This document shows, one piece after another, positions 24,001-32,600 of a stretch of DNA of 64,000 nucleotides. This stretch comes from Andalucia godoyi And28 (taxonomy: Eukaryota > Protista > Jakobida). Numbering within the stretch: position 1 is the first letter of the stretch; every line of letters starts with the position of its first letter. The DNA lies in the NCBI GenBank assembly GCA_009859145.1, contig VRVR01000018.1, forward strand, positions 67,688 through 131,687, read 5' to 3'. Position numbers and translations under genes: made by a program. The notes beneath the pieces are model-generated. The model was not told where the DNA came from. It did not search any database and saw only the letters and a program-made list of their open reading frames with translations.

Positions 24001-24087
24001 GAGATCGGAAAGCTGAACTGCGAATTGCTGCTGCACATCAACGTCGCTGATCAGCACAACCCACAGAATTTGTTTTTCGCGGGTCAT
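18055..24087 (-). CDS. SMCHD1: SMCHD1/GMI1-like GHKL ATPase with long beta-rich middle and degenerate SMC-hinge-like C-terminus (~2010 aa; alternative start 24219)
   Basis: GHKL motifs IVAEFIDNS, ILDDGKGMS, LGKFGLGLKDAAFSMG. Transducer-like RYFPLIEGSETRP, EYWCGRLL, NRIVVEVFF. Hinge-like LLGNVVICATAADS...RCPVVL. C-terminal NLS PPAKRPRL. Confidence 0.8.
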   Translation of the reverse strand: MTREKQILWVVLISDVDVQQQFAVQLSDLRSHFLHFQPNSSNFENYIASLIQSKYPEFPSSFSMKLQDHKRVDQMSVSQIRATFLNFHEIAGSGAAIAQKVVYCIAPGLPEDLHLHYQFQWYFSTDPLVNGQNFEAPSDGSDPIPSIVAEFIDNSIEACVKCKDDKKHTVSMHLVADKHMMWSHLFILDDGKGMSEESLHDAVTYARHVAEDASLSQNMDVPMHPFHISGELGKFGLGLKDAAFSMGRKVRIFSRTAHDEPGFIRMAALIDKDVKGYSDDARLRGGSFFMTDSFSFCQYAKAWDMEEDEKSLVCDNVLRTHFTTVAAGHGSCIMISKLREDSALFAPSIGHVLSEKNVEFRFSHFCAVADEYAAAFSSLYKYYVLGKNSGFLQFLVSQAGQDFLGKGGLQPIEIEVSFSFPALEELFEAVHMEMEDDERILLQRHKGNSRNSPAADADYWTRCARCSTLLSQTTEYVLPEERHSLIRIVSILGQYFTFRYFPLIEGSETRPDYVRLMGLQDKPDLVIGEYWCGRLLEDTSLGRSIIAIFPSLRQLANRIVVEVFFGRSIKPSSHKKMLQRPFDLLSAPEQTNRCRKILSDWVNTCHRTFDEEYVLNGRVNEAKLHPRRFQEWQILNKVAQFTACRIPEKIVASHNLTQVSRGDIFLLPNVNYRLSLLPVQIWTIWEHFDTIESVPNENFGSEEKPYCTTDRNLMVDFTLYGVEGALKDVSFHMRLIAFIKKKAVSVSKRCPSLLDAVAKLNFLLSFSEGRKISFVNEQRVRTAGVPFSVQGEVTVEKETFFTPLQRVFQNSAFHTHFFLSTAQLHDVRSNSADLYVHESEASATCVCRYRVAGDKEFASRLQSDGTFCVNLPAGIRQSGSFATFLDVMWNGTVLFTSTPKSGIELDVMPGDAASVELQWGDMTSPQSFAYPRRRETRANECISLQLDSRFSCKMKILDEFDNELTHLEYSEPTAMNVPRDVQVEAKCECTGGGEVFSMVVRGLLPEKRGPLPIQIQLLPHHLPSFWLPVVVLAGEFAGLDALDPDPLEKLVGRQVVSTLDFHPVDAYGNIVKQIDALSSRTWTVYVKPKRETSKKGVFSSIAKSTFKSKEGILRLSLGSPYSCEWGDIELSVVDSECGTVFSRPYTVQVSKDPSTFDIYQNSTAILEKDGVFLCGIRSGDAFPEFDFVLRNETGEILSKNLCSFYSVNLRVDARVSSIRAHENGAFARELLAIFSGFDWIQQSEHGPVLWNFHNQSALSVLIRVVRDQNNDDLVEKTVRFCLHGGPAAQLVLYPFGGSSHLQAAIKKDFRCDVRFVDAAGNDTTISRQTAETLLVDPKICCRQHIQGAPPPDLLHPSVVSLPAKVEFPNADSLSFVTLKVPGSAFSFWDDDLDRRAVSIGLVDVVFSYVCKTGKIDGRVALMHLSPGDPYCMIVENRTEIESPVYWSHDLIRRIVFSVRDNDLNLVSLDHDGICKFLETQISDAGFPYLELMAFGSGSALLFGKTVFSSRQETGRRAIGELRRTSRSFAWKYENERFLLEDIPIMNATGKTLCRDARRSKKGDDCLWIQTPSKMLQFPYPLYITVRPNPHPLQVTEVKVQNAKVRNQAPEVVQFEVFVGFAGRSDDMPTNIMLSEDEKTALVSSIRVSIVENGAPGTRLDLSVDLTASTFFLDNDDDWSAILPVSMRLPEYVLQKQNAEFQCEFVDQRTPFRFFNQDSSYEFWPTFQGLTDQFSLLRSRFVVHMDVQDLFAQQLSAPMSLSQVSSLPSSTGGSSHTKSAPETQEDGTQPSLHNIRLGTLFSASCSQEVELCLCLYIKRFAGDFLSQPVDMFFENLLHFVDRSEDYFIPTHTQLAALPVRPTFWRASDFVFPDLSNVSERDARAVLALIHRCFPVLAISSDLPQILKKLVGMLLGNVVICATAADSELFCSSYLMLHQQPRCPRCPVVLCLGRPESNRLRLRVVFESGFRLEFFLKASDQPTRFLRVEEPILSESSQSAACSPPAKRPRLA

Positions 24088-24414
24088 TCTCTTTTTATCC
24101 CCACTTCCCACCACCCTTCTCCAAATTGGTGTATCTCGAGCAGCCAAGAATAAAAACAATAACAGAGCTGAAAAAGTGAAGAAGAAGAAGAAACGACAGC
24201 AGGAAAGCGAGTTTGACATGAGTCGATTTGTCCTTTAGATATTTCCTGGTTTTTTTTTTTTTCTTACTTGTTTGCTTTTGGCGGGAAGTAAAATGACGTG
24301 CCAAAAGGACTGTCACACGAAAACTACAGTCGCTAACATCTCCAAGAAATTGCTTGTGATGACGTGGAAGCTGGACTGGAATGAAATTCAAGGTTTCATG
24401 AATGAAGATGACGA

Positions 24415-24957
24415 TCATCGCTTGTTCATACCAGTACGAGACTGCAAAAGAAACAGTATTTCTTGCTGGATTTCGATTGGAAGATCTGCTACTCTGCCGA
24501 CAGAAGCCACCTTTTTCCCATCCAACTCCACTACACCATCATTTTCCCTCCTCCTGCTTGACCTTTCATGCTGGGAACTCTCATGCTGCGCATCAACGAG
24601 CTGCTCAATCCTCCACATTTTCATGACTTCATCTTTGGACGGAAACGAAGGATCAATATGACTGTCTAGCGCATCTTCCATATCATCATTGCTGCTTCTG
24701 GGATTGGGATTGGAATTGGAATTGGAATTGGAATCGTTGCTGCCGCCGCCGCCGCTGCTGCTGCTGCTCTCTTGTTTTTCAACTTTTTCAACCTTTTCTT
24801 TTTCTCCAACTTCCGCTGCTTTTTTGTTCCTCTCGTGTGTTTCCAGCGAGGGCGATGACGATGACTCGGAACCAAAAACAAGACGAGGACTGCTCGTTCC
24901 AGCAATGTGCTGAAGTAGAATCAGAACTCGTCGAAATCCATAATGAATAGAGTCCAT
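24415..24957 (-). CDS. Low-complexity hypothetical protein ending in an F-box-like motif; possibly truncated or spliced
   Basis: ORF of 180 aa. VADLPIEIQQEILFLL resembles an F-box start but a stop follows 9 codons later. Confidence 0.35.
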   Translation of the reverse strand: MDSIHYGFRRVLILLQHIAGTSSPRLVFGSESSSSPSLETHERNKKAAEVGEKEKVEKVEKQESSSSSGGGGSNDSNSNSNSNPNPRSSNDDMEDALDSHIDPSFPSKDEVMKMWRIEQLVDAQHESSQHERSSRRRENDGVVELDGKKVASVGRVADLPIEIQQEILFLLQSRTGMNKR

Positions 24958-25346
24958 TCTTGCCGTTACCTTTTTTTCTGCCGTTTTGCATTTAATTCAA
25001 AATGATAATTAATACTTTTTTTACAAAACCCTTCCGTTTTGTTTTCGCACCAGAAAAACCTCAGTGTTTGGGCATGATGCATTTGAGTCGCTGTAACGGG
25101 CGTCACGAGAGTTAATAAAACAAATCCTATTGGCGAAGTGCCCTTTTGGGGCACAGACTTTTTTGTTTTCCTGGGCTTTCTGCTCGGAATCCCCAAAGGC
25201 CGCTCCACTTTCATTCCTACCAAAGGTTTTCCTTTTCTCGTTGCCATTGTATTCGTTTCTTGTTTCTTGTTTCTTGTTTGTTTGTTGATTGTTGTTGACT
25301 CTACATACTTCTGTGGAGCGCGTCTTGAAGTTCTGTGAGCTCTGCG

Positions 25347-27643
25347 ATGGCGTCTGCTGTGTTTATCGAAGGAGAACTGGAAAAACAAGGCGGGTCTCAC
25401 AAGAATTGGAAAAAACGTTTTTTCAGAGTCAGTAAGGACGGGATTGCGTACTTTAAGAATGCCACGGATTCAAAGCCGATTCGTGTTCTTGAATTAAACA
25501 ATGTGTTTGCTGCAGCATCACCAAATGCAGACGCCAAACACCCGTTTTGTTTCGTCGTCTTCACAACCCAAAGAGACTTTAATCTTCTGATCAGCTGTGA
25601 AACGGAAAACGAAGTAGTATGTAGTCGTTGCATTTTCATATTAATTTTTTTAGTTCCTTTCCTCTTGTTAAGCATTCGTGTTTGCCCGTTTGTTTGTCTT
25701 TTTGTGTTTTTTTGTTTTTTTGTTTTGTGTGTGTGTGTGTGTGTGAGTGTTCTTATTTATCCATTGTTGGGGGGTGGGTTTGTGTTTGCTAGGTGAAATG
25801 GGTTACTGCGATTCGAATTGCTCGGGAGAAGCACTTTGGAAAACAGTTGCTTTTTGGATCGGACGAAGCGGAGACTGTTGTTTCAAACAATATGATGATT
25901 GATCGCGAGACACACCTTGTGGATCGTGAGCGGTCTCGGAAGATCCAGGAGTTTTCTCGCGCAGCGATCATCGAGGCGTCGAAAGCATGGTCTGCAGAGC
26001 TGGTTGCGTTTGTAAATTGCAAGAGACTGGAGACGCTGGATTTGCGAAAGATGTTTATTGAAGAGATTGGGAGGCTTCGGCAGGAAGCCACACATGCCCA
26101 GGCGGAGGCATTTTCATTTTTGGCGTCCGTTGAGGAACAGGCAGATTCAGAGCTGGTGAAGGAAACGCAGTTGCAGGCTGCTCAGTTGCGCAGGCTTGCG
26201 CAGATGAGTGATGAACGCATTGCTGCGCTGCGATCGCAGCAAACTGTGGTGGTGTCGACTCTGGAAGAGCAGATTCAGGCAATGCGTTCCGAGTATGAAT
26301 CGCAGCTTGAGAATTACCGCGCCATGATTCACAAACAAAAGGATGACATTTTTGAGTATCGTCAGAAAGCGCTCGAGGCAGAACAGAAGCTTGCTACGGA
26401 GAAGCAAGTGTTTGAAGAGATTTTGATTGAAAAAGAGCTGGAGAGAGCGGCCGTGCTCGGTATGGAAAAGTCAATAACCGAGCGCGAGAGAGGACTGTTT
26501 GAATCTTCAAAGAAGTCTTTTGAGCGTGTGCTGATGGCAAGAACGCAGCTGATGCTCAGCCAGAAAGAGAGAGAAATCGACGCTGTCCGTCAGGCGGATT
26601 TGGAAGAGCGCGATCGTCTGGTGCTCAAGGCTCGTTTTGGACAGGATCTCAAGTACGACGATGGCCAGACAATGGAGTTCTTTTCTGGAAGGGCTCTTGC
26701 CGAGACTTCCGATCGCGTTAAGAATCTCCTGTCAAGAGTTGCATTGCTTGAAGAGCAGCTTGTGGAGCAGCGGGTGTCTTTTGAGAAGCGTTTGCAGGAA
26801 CAGGAGCAAATTGCCGTCCGAAAAGAAGCCAAGATGAACGAGGCTCTGGATGCGTACAAGCGCCAATTGGACACCTCAAAGAATTTGTACGATGGACAGG
26901 TTGGGCTGCTGAAGGATTCCTACAAACAGGAGATTCTCGCATATCGAGATGAAATCTCAAGGTTGAAGGATTCAATTGCACAGAAGGACCGAGCCATAAC
27001 GGATCTGAATGTGAAATTGAGTACCGCCGATACGAGAATGAAGCGCGCGCTGGAAGAGAAGGATGCGCTCATGTCCGATATGAAGGCGCAGAATGCAGTG
27101 GAAGTGCAGAACTCGCTGGCCGATGCTCGCAAACTGGAGTCCGAGTTGCGAGAGCAAGTGGCTGACAAGACGCATGAGCTTACGCTTGTCAACGCCCGAA
27201 AGGAGAAGCACATTGCGGATTCCAGACAGGAGATTGAGCGCCGGGTCCACGCTGTGCTCGCTGCTCGGTATGACGGAATGGAGAAGATGCTTATGGAATG
27301 GAAAACGCTTGCGCTGCAGAACAAGGCTCTTTCTTCAGATGCTGTCACAGACCCTGAGTATGACTACTCCACAGTGCTCGCGCAGTCGGTGCAAATGCTT
27401 GGGAAAGCCATTGACTCGGAGCCAGAAACGGAAAATGCGAACAAAGCGCTTGCAGACCGTGAGGCTGAAAAGCAAAAGGAAGAAGCACGGCGGAAGGAGC
27501 TTGAGAAGGCTGCCGATCCTGCAAAGAAGACCGAAGCAGGGGCCGGTTCTTCGAATCCCGAGAAGGAAAAGGAGAAGGAGAAGGAGAAGCAGTCCACAGA
27601 GTCAAAGGAAGACAAGCGGAAGTCGAAGCGCGTCTCAGACTGA
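25347..27643 (+). CDS. PH-domain plus long coiled-coil protein, two exons (25347-25616, 25793-27643), ~706 aa
   Basis: PH motif EGELEKQGGSHKNWKKRFF. A GTATGT...TAG intron at 25617-25792 joins in phase 0 to give the PH terminal helix CETENEV|VKWVTAIR. Exon 2 is E/K/Q/R-rich heptad sequence. Confidence 0.85.
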
Positions 27644-27754
27644 AGTGTCTCGTCGGGTTCGGCATCCGTGTGGCGCGAGTGTCGTATGGTAACCGCACAT
27701 TTTTTTTTTATTATTTAAATTTTTAAGTGACGATGTTCCATAAATAGTTTATTG

Positions 27755-28105
27755 CTAACGAGGAATTCTGTTCTCCAGTTGATGAGCAATGATCTCAAAT
27801 ACATTCATCTGCCGTGTGCCCGAGTTGATGTCATACTCGACAAAGCGGTGCGCGATTGCCTCGTCCGCTGTTGCAGGAGAAAACACATGCTCATTGCTAC
27901 GGAACTGGTGGCCAGGGCCTTTGCAGTTCATCCCTGCCCAGGACGAAGCGCTGATCTTCCCGCATGAGGTGCACCGGTACACCGGTACAGTCTGCAACAG
28001 CACTGCCAACGTCTTCTTCAGCTCATCAAACTTGTGGGCAGCGTCTTCTGCCATTTCCATGGCAGACACTTCGTTTGCCTTCTTCTTCTCAACAATACGA
28101 TTCAT
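27755..28105 (-). CDS. Small hypothetical protein with a putative Zn-binding motif
   Basis: 116-aa ORF with YRCTSCGK...NCKGPGH (C-x2-C...C...H), bounded by AT-rich spacers. Confidence 0.55.
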   Translation of the reverse strand: MNRIVEKKKANEVSAMEMAEDAAHKFDELKKTLAVLLQTVPVYRCTSCGKISASSWAGMNCKGPGHQFRSNEHVFSPATADEAIAHRFVEYDINSGTRQMNVFEIIAHQLENRIPR

Positions 28106-28520
28106 GTCGAAAATGTTTGTGGATATCGATCAATATGGAGGTCGTGCACGAATACAGCGCAGTTTTCTTGCCAACTGCGAAAGAAAGAAGAAAAAGAAAA
28201 GTCTAGCGGGAGGGGTCCTCAGGACGGAATGATGAGAGCTTTCGAAGCTGTTTGTTTCGTTGCTGATGCGTTCCGATGGTCCAGACTGCTCTTCCATCCG
28301 AGCAAAAGAACACAGTTCTGCCCAGATGAAAAAATCATTCGTAAAATAATAAAATGTAAAATAAAACAACGTGCCAACAACAGCACGCCAAAGAAACCGC
28401 ATCTGAAATGAACAAAACAAGGTTCAAAGAAAAGAAAAGGACGTCAAAATTAAATTCAAAAGTCACAAAATACTCACGCTGCATGTGGCATTTAGTGGTT
28501 GTCGAGAAAGTGTTCTCGAA

Positions 28521-28761
28521 ATGCTGCACAATGTTGTGCTTGTATTTGCGGCCGCGCTGCTGATTCTGCATTCCTTGTGCGGCGGAGAGGAAATCAAGAC
28601 TCGCTGCGGTCTGTTGGAAGGTAACACGTCTTGCCACCCGCGGAATGCGAGTCAGTGTGCATCGGAGTTTCTTGGCATTCCGTACGCCGAACCTCCCGTT
28701 GGTCGTCTGAGGTTTCTGCCTTCTGTACCGTTCGGGTGCTGGAATGGAACGCTCCATGCAA
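28521..28761 (+). pseudogene. 5' fragment of a secreted type-B carboxylesterase, interrupted by element copy 1
   Basis: Signal peptide MLHNVVLVFAAALLILHSLCGG, then the diagnostic EFLGIPYAEPPVGRLRFLPSVP...WNGTLHA. The frame runs into the element at 28762 and no catalytic domain follows. Confidence 0.85.
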
Positions 28762-28867
28762 GCCTACATTATGCACTGAACATGCATATCTACGAATAGA
28801 CATGCATATTCAGTCTTGCATCCCGTTGCCGGGAAGGGGATCGGCCCCCCAACACGCCCCACGGCGT
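28762..28867 (-). ncRNA. Predicted omegaRNA scaffold, copy 1
   Basis: Same hairpin set as copy 2, abutting the element right end. Confidence 0.65.
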
Positions 28868-29378
28868 TCTTCAGATAGATGTTCCGCGCTCCGTTCCCAA
28901 TCTCGATCAATCTGCGAGCCACTTTTCTCAGCGTGGCACGTTGTTCCTGAGAAGGGTGCATTTTGATGCTGACGGCCCTAGCAGCAGGCGCTTTCGTGTC
29001 CTCAGTTGCAGCGATTGATGCAACTGGAGATACGAGGGTAGGAAAAGGCGGTAGGCGTAGTGACACGTGGTCTCTTAGGAGGTCTGCGGGACCTAGGAGG
29101 CCCTGTATCGAGCGGCGTAGGCGTAGGCGAATGCGTCATCCCAGCGCACTCACGCCCATATTTGAATTAAAAACGTGAAACCAAAAAAAAGTGAAACCAA
29201 CGAATGATAGAATAGATGGCTACGGATGCTGCGTTAAAGAGTGTCGAAAATGCGGAGCCTGTGCGTGCGGAAGCACGAATGCCTGTGAAACAAACGAGCT
29301 AGTGTCGGCCAGTATTGACCGTGTCTGGTTATGTATACTCCCTCGTATGCATGACAATGACGTGTTATTATTACTCAG
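28762..29378 (-). mobile_element. Non-autonomous TnpB/Fanzor2-derived element, copy 1 (N-terminal plus extreme C-terminal deletion type)
   Basis: Homologous to 34225-34758 and 57065-57664. Encodes ARAVSIKMHPSQEQRATLRK (IS605 OrfB HTH-like) fused to QIDRDW/NGARNIYLKN (RuvC-III). Flanked by ACCG at 29379-29382 (minus strand). Confidence 0.9.
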
Positions 29379-29466
29379 CGGTGTAAAGAGTTTCAATGAA
29401 AAGGAAAAAAGAAAGAAAGAGACGAACTTCGTTCTCTGGGATTGGATGTATTGACAAAATTACAGT

Positions 29467-29579
<113 letters not shown>

Positions 29580-29641
29580 TTGCTCAAGACGTTTATTGCA
29601 GCGACACCGGAAGGAAAAACAAAAAGAGAAAAAACAACGAC

Positions 29642-32600
29642 TTACCTCCCTTGATGAATAACTCGCTGCAAGTCCTCTGGACGAAACGGCTTGGCCAAAT
29701 AGCCGTCGCAGCCCGCTGCAACCGCTTCTGCTTGCGTCTCATCACGCGCATACCCGGAAATCGCAAATATTCGGACGGGCTCTAGATTCCTCTCTTCTTC
29801 AATCCTGCGAATTTGCTCGGTTGCCTCCAGCCCGGACAGCCTGGGCATTTCTAAATCCATAAATATGACATCCGGACGGAACATTTCAAATTGCAAAACC
29901 GCCTCTTCTCCATCATTGGCGACCTCACATACATACCCCCGCCGAGTCAGCAACCGATGAAGTGCCTTTTGCGAAATCAAATTATCATCCACCACCAGGA
30001 TCCTCTCCGAAGGATGACTGGTTGCCATCGGAAAGGGCGAAGAATTCGCCAAATTGGCAGCAATGTTCGCACTGGGCCGACGACATCCGGGAGAGACTGC
30101 CGACACCTTCCAAGGAAGTGCAACGACAAAGGTGGATCCTTCGCCGAGAACGGAATGAACGTCAATCGCTCCCCCAAACAAGCTAACAATTCCTTTGCTG
30201 ATTGCTAGGCCCAAGCCAGAACTGTTCTCGTGCACCGCAACATCCATTCCGCCGTGGGAGCGCGATAACTGCGAGAACCGGTCAAAGAGCTTTGATTTCT
30301 CCTCGTTCGTGAAGCCAGGACCGGAATCTTGTACTCGAATTGTCACTGGATATTCGGTACTCGACGACTGCACCTCCAATCGGACACGCACCATGCCGCC
30401 GATCCTGTTATACTTGATTGCATTGGATATCAAATTGATGAGAACTTGCTTAAACCGCACAATGTCCGACTCCACAAAATAATCTCCTACGGGGACATCC
30501 GGCACCAGCGTGATGGACTTCTTTGCGGAAACTGCATCGTGCATGGAGACAGCCTCTCGGATCGCTGCTTGGAGAGAAAATGATGAAATCTGTAGCCGAA
30601 CTTTAGAATTTTCAAGTGCAGAGAGCTCGATAACCTGGTTGAAGATGTTGCGCTGATGGTTGCTGCACAACTGAATTGCAAGAACCGTTTCCTTCAACTC
30701 CAGTATCACAACAGACAACTGATCTGCCAGGTCTGTGTCGACGCCAGACATTGAAAACTCGGAGTGTAGTACCATCAGCTTGTCCGCCAATTCCGACTGC
30801 TGTTCCAGGTTCAGGATGGTTCCACTCAGTGGATTCCTTACCTCGTGCGATAACGTGTCGATGAAATCTTGAAGTTTCTTCCGGTTGAGCTCTGCCTCCA
30901 AGGCTCGACTGCGCTGCTCTTCTTCTGCTTTTGTGCTTGCCAGCAATCTTTCGTCCTCGGCGACTTTTTGGTCAGTTATATCAGTGACCGTCAAGATGAA
31001 ACCAATCGATTCATGCGTGTTCTCGTGGAATTCTGGAATCCCTTGCACGAACACCCAGCACAGGCGCTCGCTGCTTTTCACGATGGGGTACGTGATGTGG
31101 AAAGGCTGGAAATGGAATTCTTCGTGGACTCTCTGAACGTAATTCACCCAGGCAGCCGCCACAGTCTGCTGATAATCCGGGTGAATGCTCTGAATCCAAA
31201 ACCCTGCGCAAATTTCAGATTCGGTCTTCTCAAACAGCGCTTGAGTAAAGGGATTTGCATAGTTGGGAATCCCGGCAGTGTCAGCATGGACAAGACCGAC
31301 GGGCGAAACCGCCAACAGCAATCTGTAGCGCTTTTCACTGGCCGCCAAGGCCTTCTCTGCTCGAATTCTTTCCTCTACTTCTCTTTGGAGAGATTCATTC
31401 ACCTGAACGAGCTGCTTTGTCCGCTTCTCAACCTCATTCTCCAGAGCACTTCTAAGGTGGCGCAGCTCCAAATGATTTCTAACACGCGCTAACAGCTCTT
31501 TTGCAGAAAAAGCCGTCTTGACGAGATAATCGTCTGCGCCGAGACGAAGGCCCTCCACTTTGGCCTCCTCTCCTGCCCTTGCAGACAGCAGGATGATAGG
31601 CGTCGTCTGCAGTGCTTCGTTTGACCGGACACGATCAATCAGACCATATCCGTCAAGACGGGGCATCATGACGTCACTCAGTAACAGATCAAAGCCCCCG
31701 CTGAGAAGCTTTTCATATGCCTCGATGCCATCATTTGCTGTTTCAACAGCCCAGAAAGGCTGCAACACGGACTGCATGTAGCTGCGCATGTCTGCGTTGT
31801 CGTCGGCAACCAAGATACGAGAATGCCGCAGTCCGGATAAAAAGGATGATCGACTCTTTGTGTTCAACTCCGGACTGGAGGAACGAGAGGACATGCGATA
31901 CTTATCCTGCAAAAACAGACTTTCTCCCTGGTCCGTAACAGACATTGTCTCGTCTATGCTTGACCTGCATGAGGAATTTTCGGTTTCAATCCACAGTGAG
32001 GCTTCCTTCACTGCCCCTAGTCCAGCAGAAGAATGTACTGAGTGCACGACGTTGTCGCTTTGGTTTTCAAAGATACGATCGCGAGGCAGATGCAAATTCC
32101 CGTAAGGAATGTTCACAGAAAAGCAACTTCCTCTCCCAAGCTCGCTGTCCACATCGATGTACCCTCCGTGCAGCTTCACCAACTCTTGCGTCAATGCAAG
32201 TCCGATGCCCGTACCTTCGAAACTCCTTCCATCAGATCCCTCAATTCTGTAAAAACGCTCAAACACATGAAGTCGGTCCTCTTCGCGGATGCCGCATCCG
32301 CTGTCCTGTATATCCACTTGAAGCCACTTAAGACCTGCTGCATCGATCCGCACGTCCAAAGTCATGGACACAAAACCTTCCAAAGTGAACTTGAATGCAT
32401 TCGACAACAGATTACAAACTATTTTTTCCCACAAACTGCGATCAACGTACACGACAGGGTCCTCAAGCACGGCATCTGATGCTCGGAAAGTGAAGGTCAG
32501 CCCACCTTTGCGCATCAGAGAGTCAAACAACGAGCTAATTTCAAGAGAGAGCCGACAGACGTCCTGAGGACAAAACACGGACTGAGAGCGACCAGCTTCG

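Noticed and set aside
28226-28274. C/D-box snoRNA-like ATGATGA...CTGA with short GGAA/TTCC ends
   Set aside because: Only ~49 nt, no evident C'/D' boxes and no identified rRNA complementarity; likely chance.
28762-29382. Classical MITE (Tc1/hAT/PIF) interpretation of the repeats
   Set aside because: No terminal inverted repeats and no consistent target-site duplication. The TnpB motifs explain the element better.
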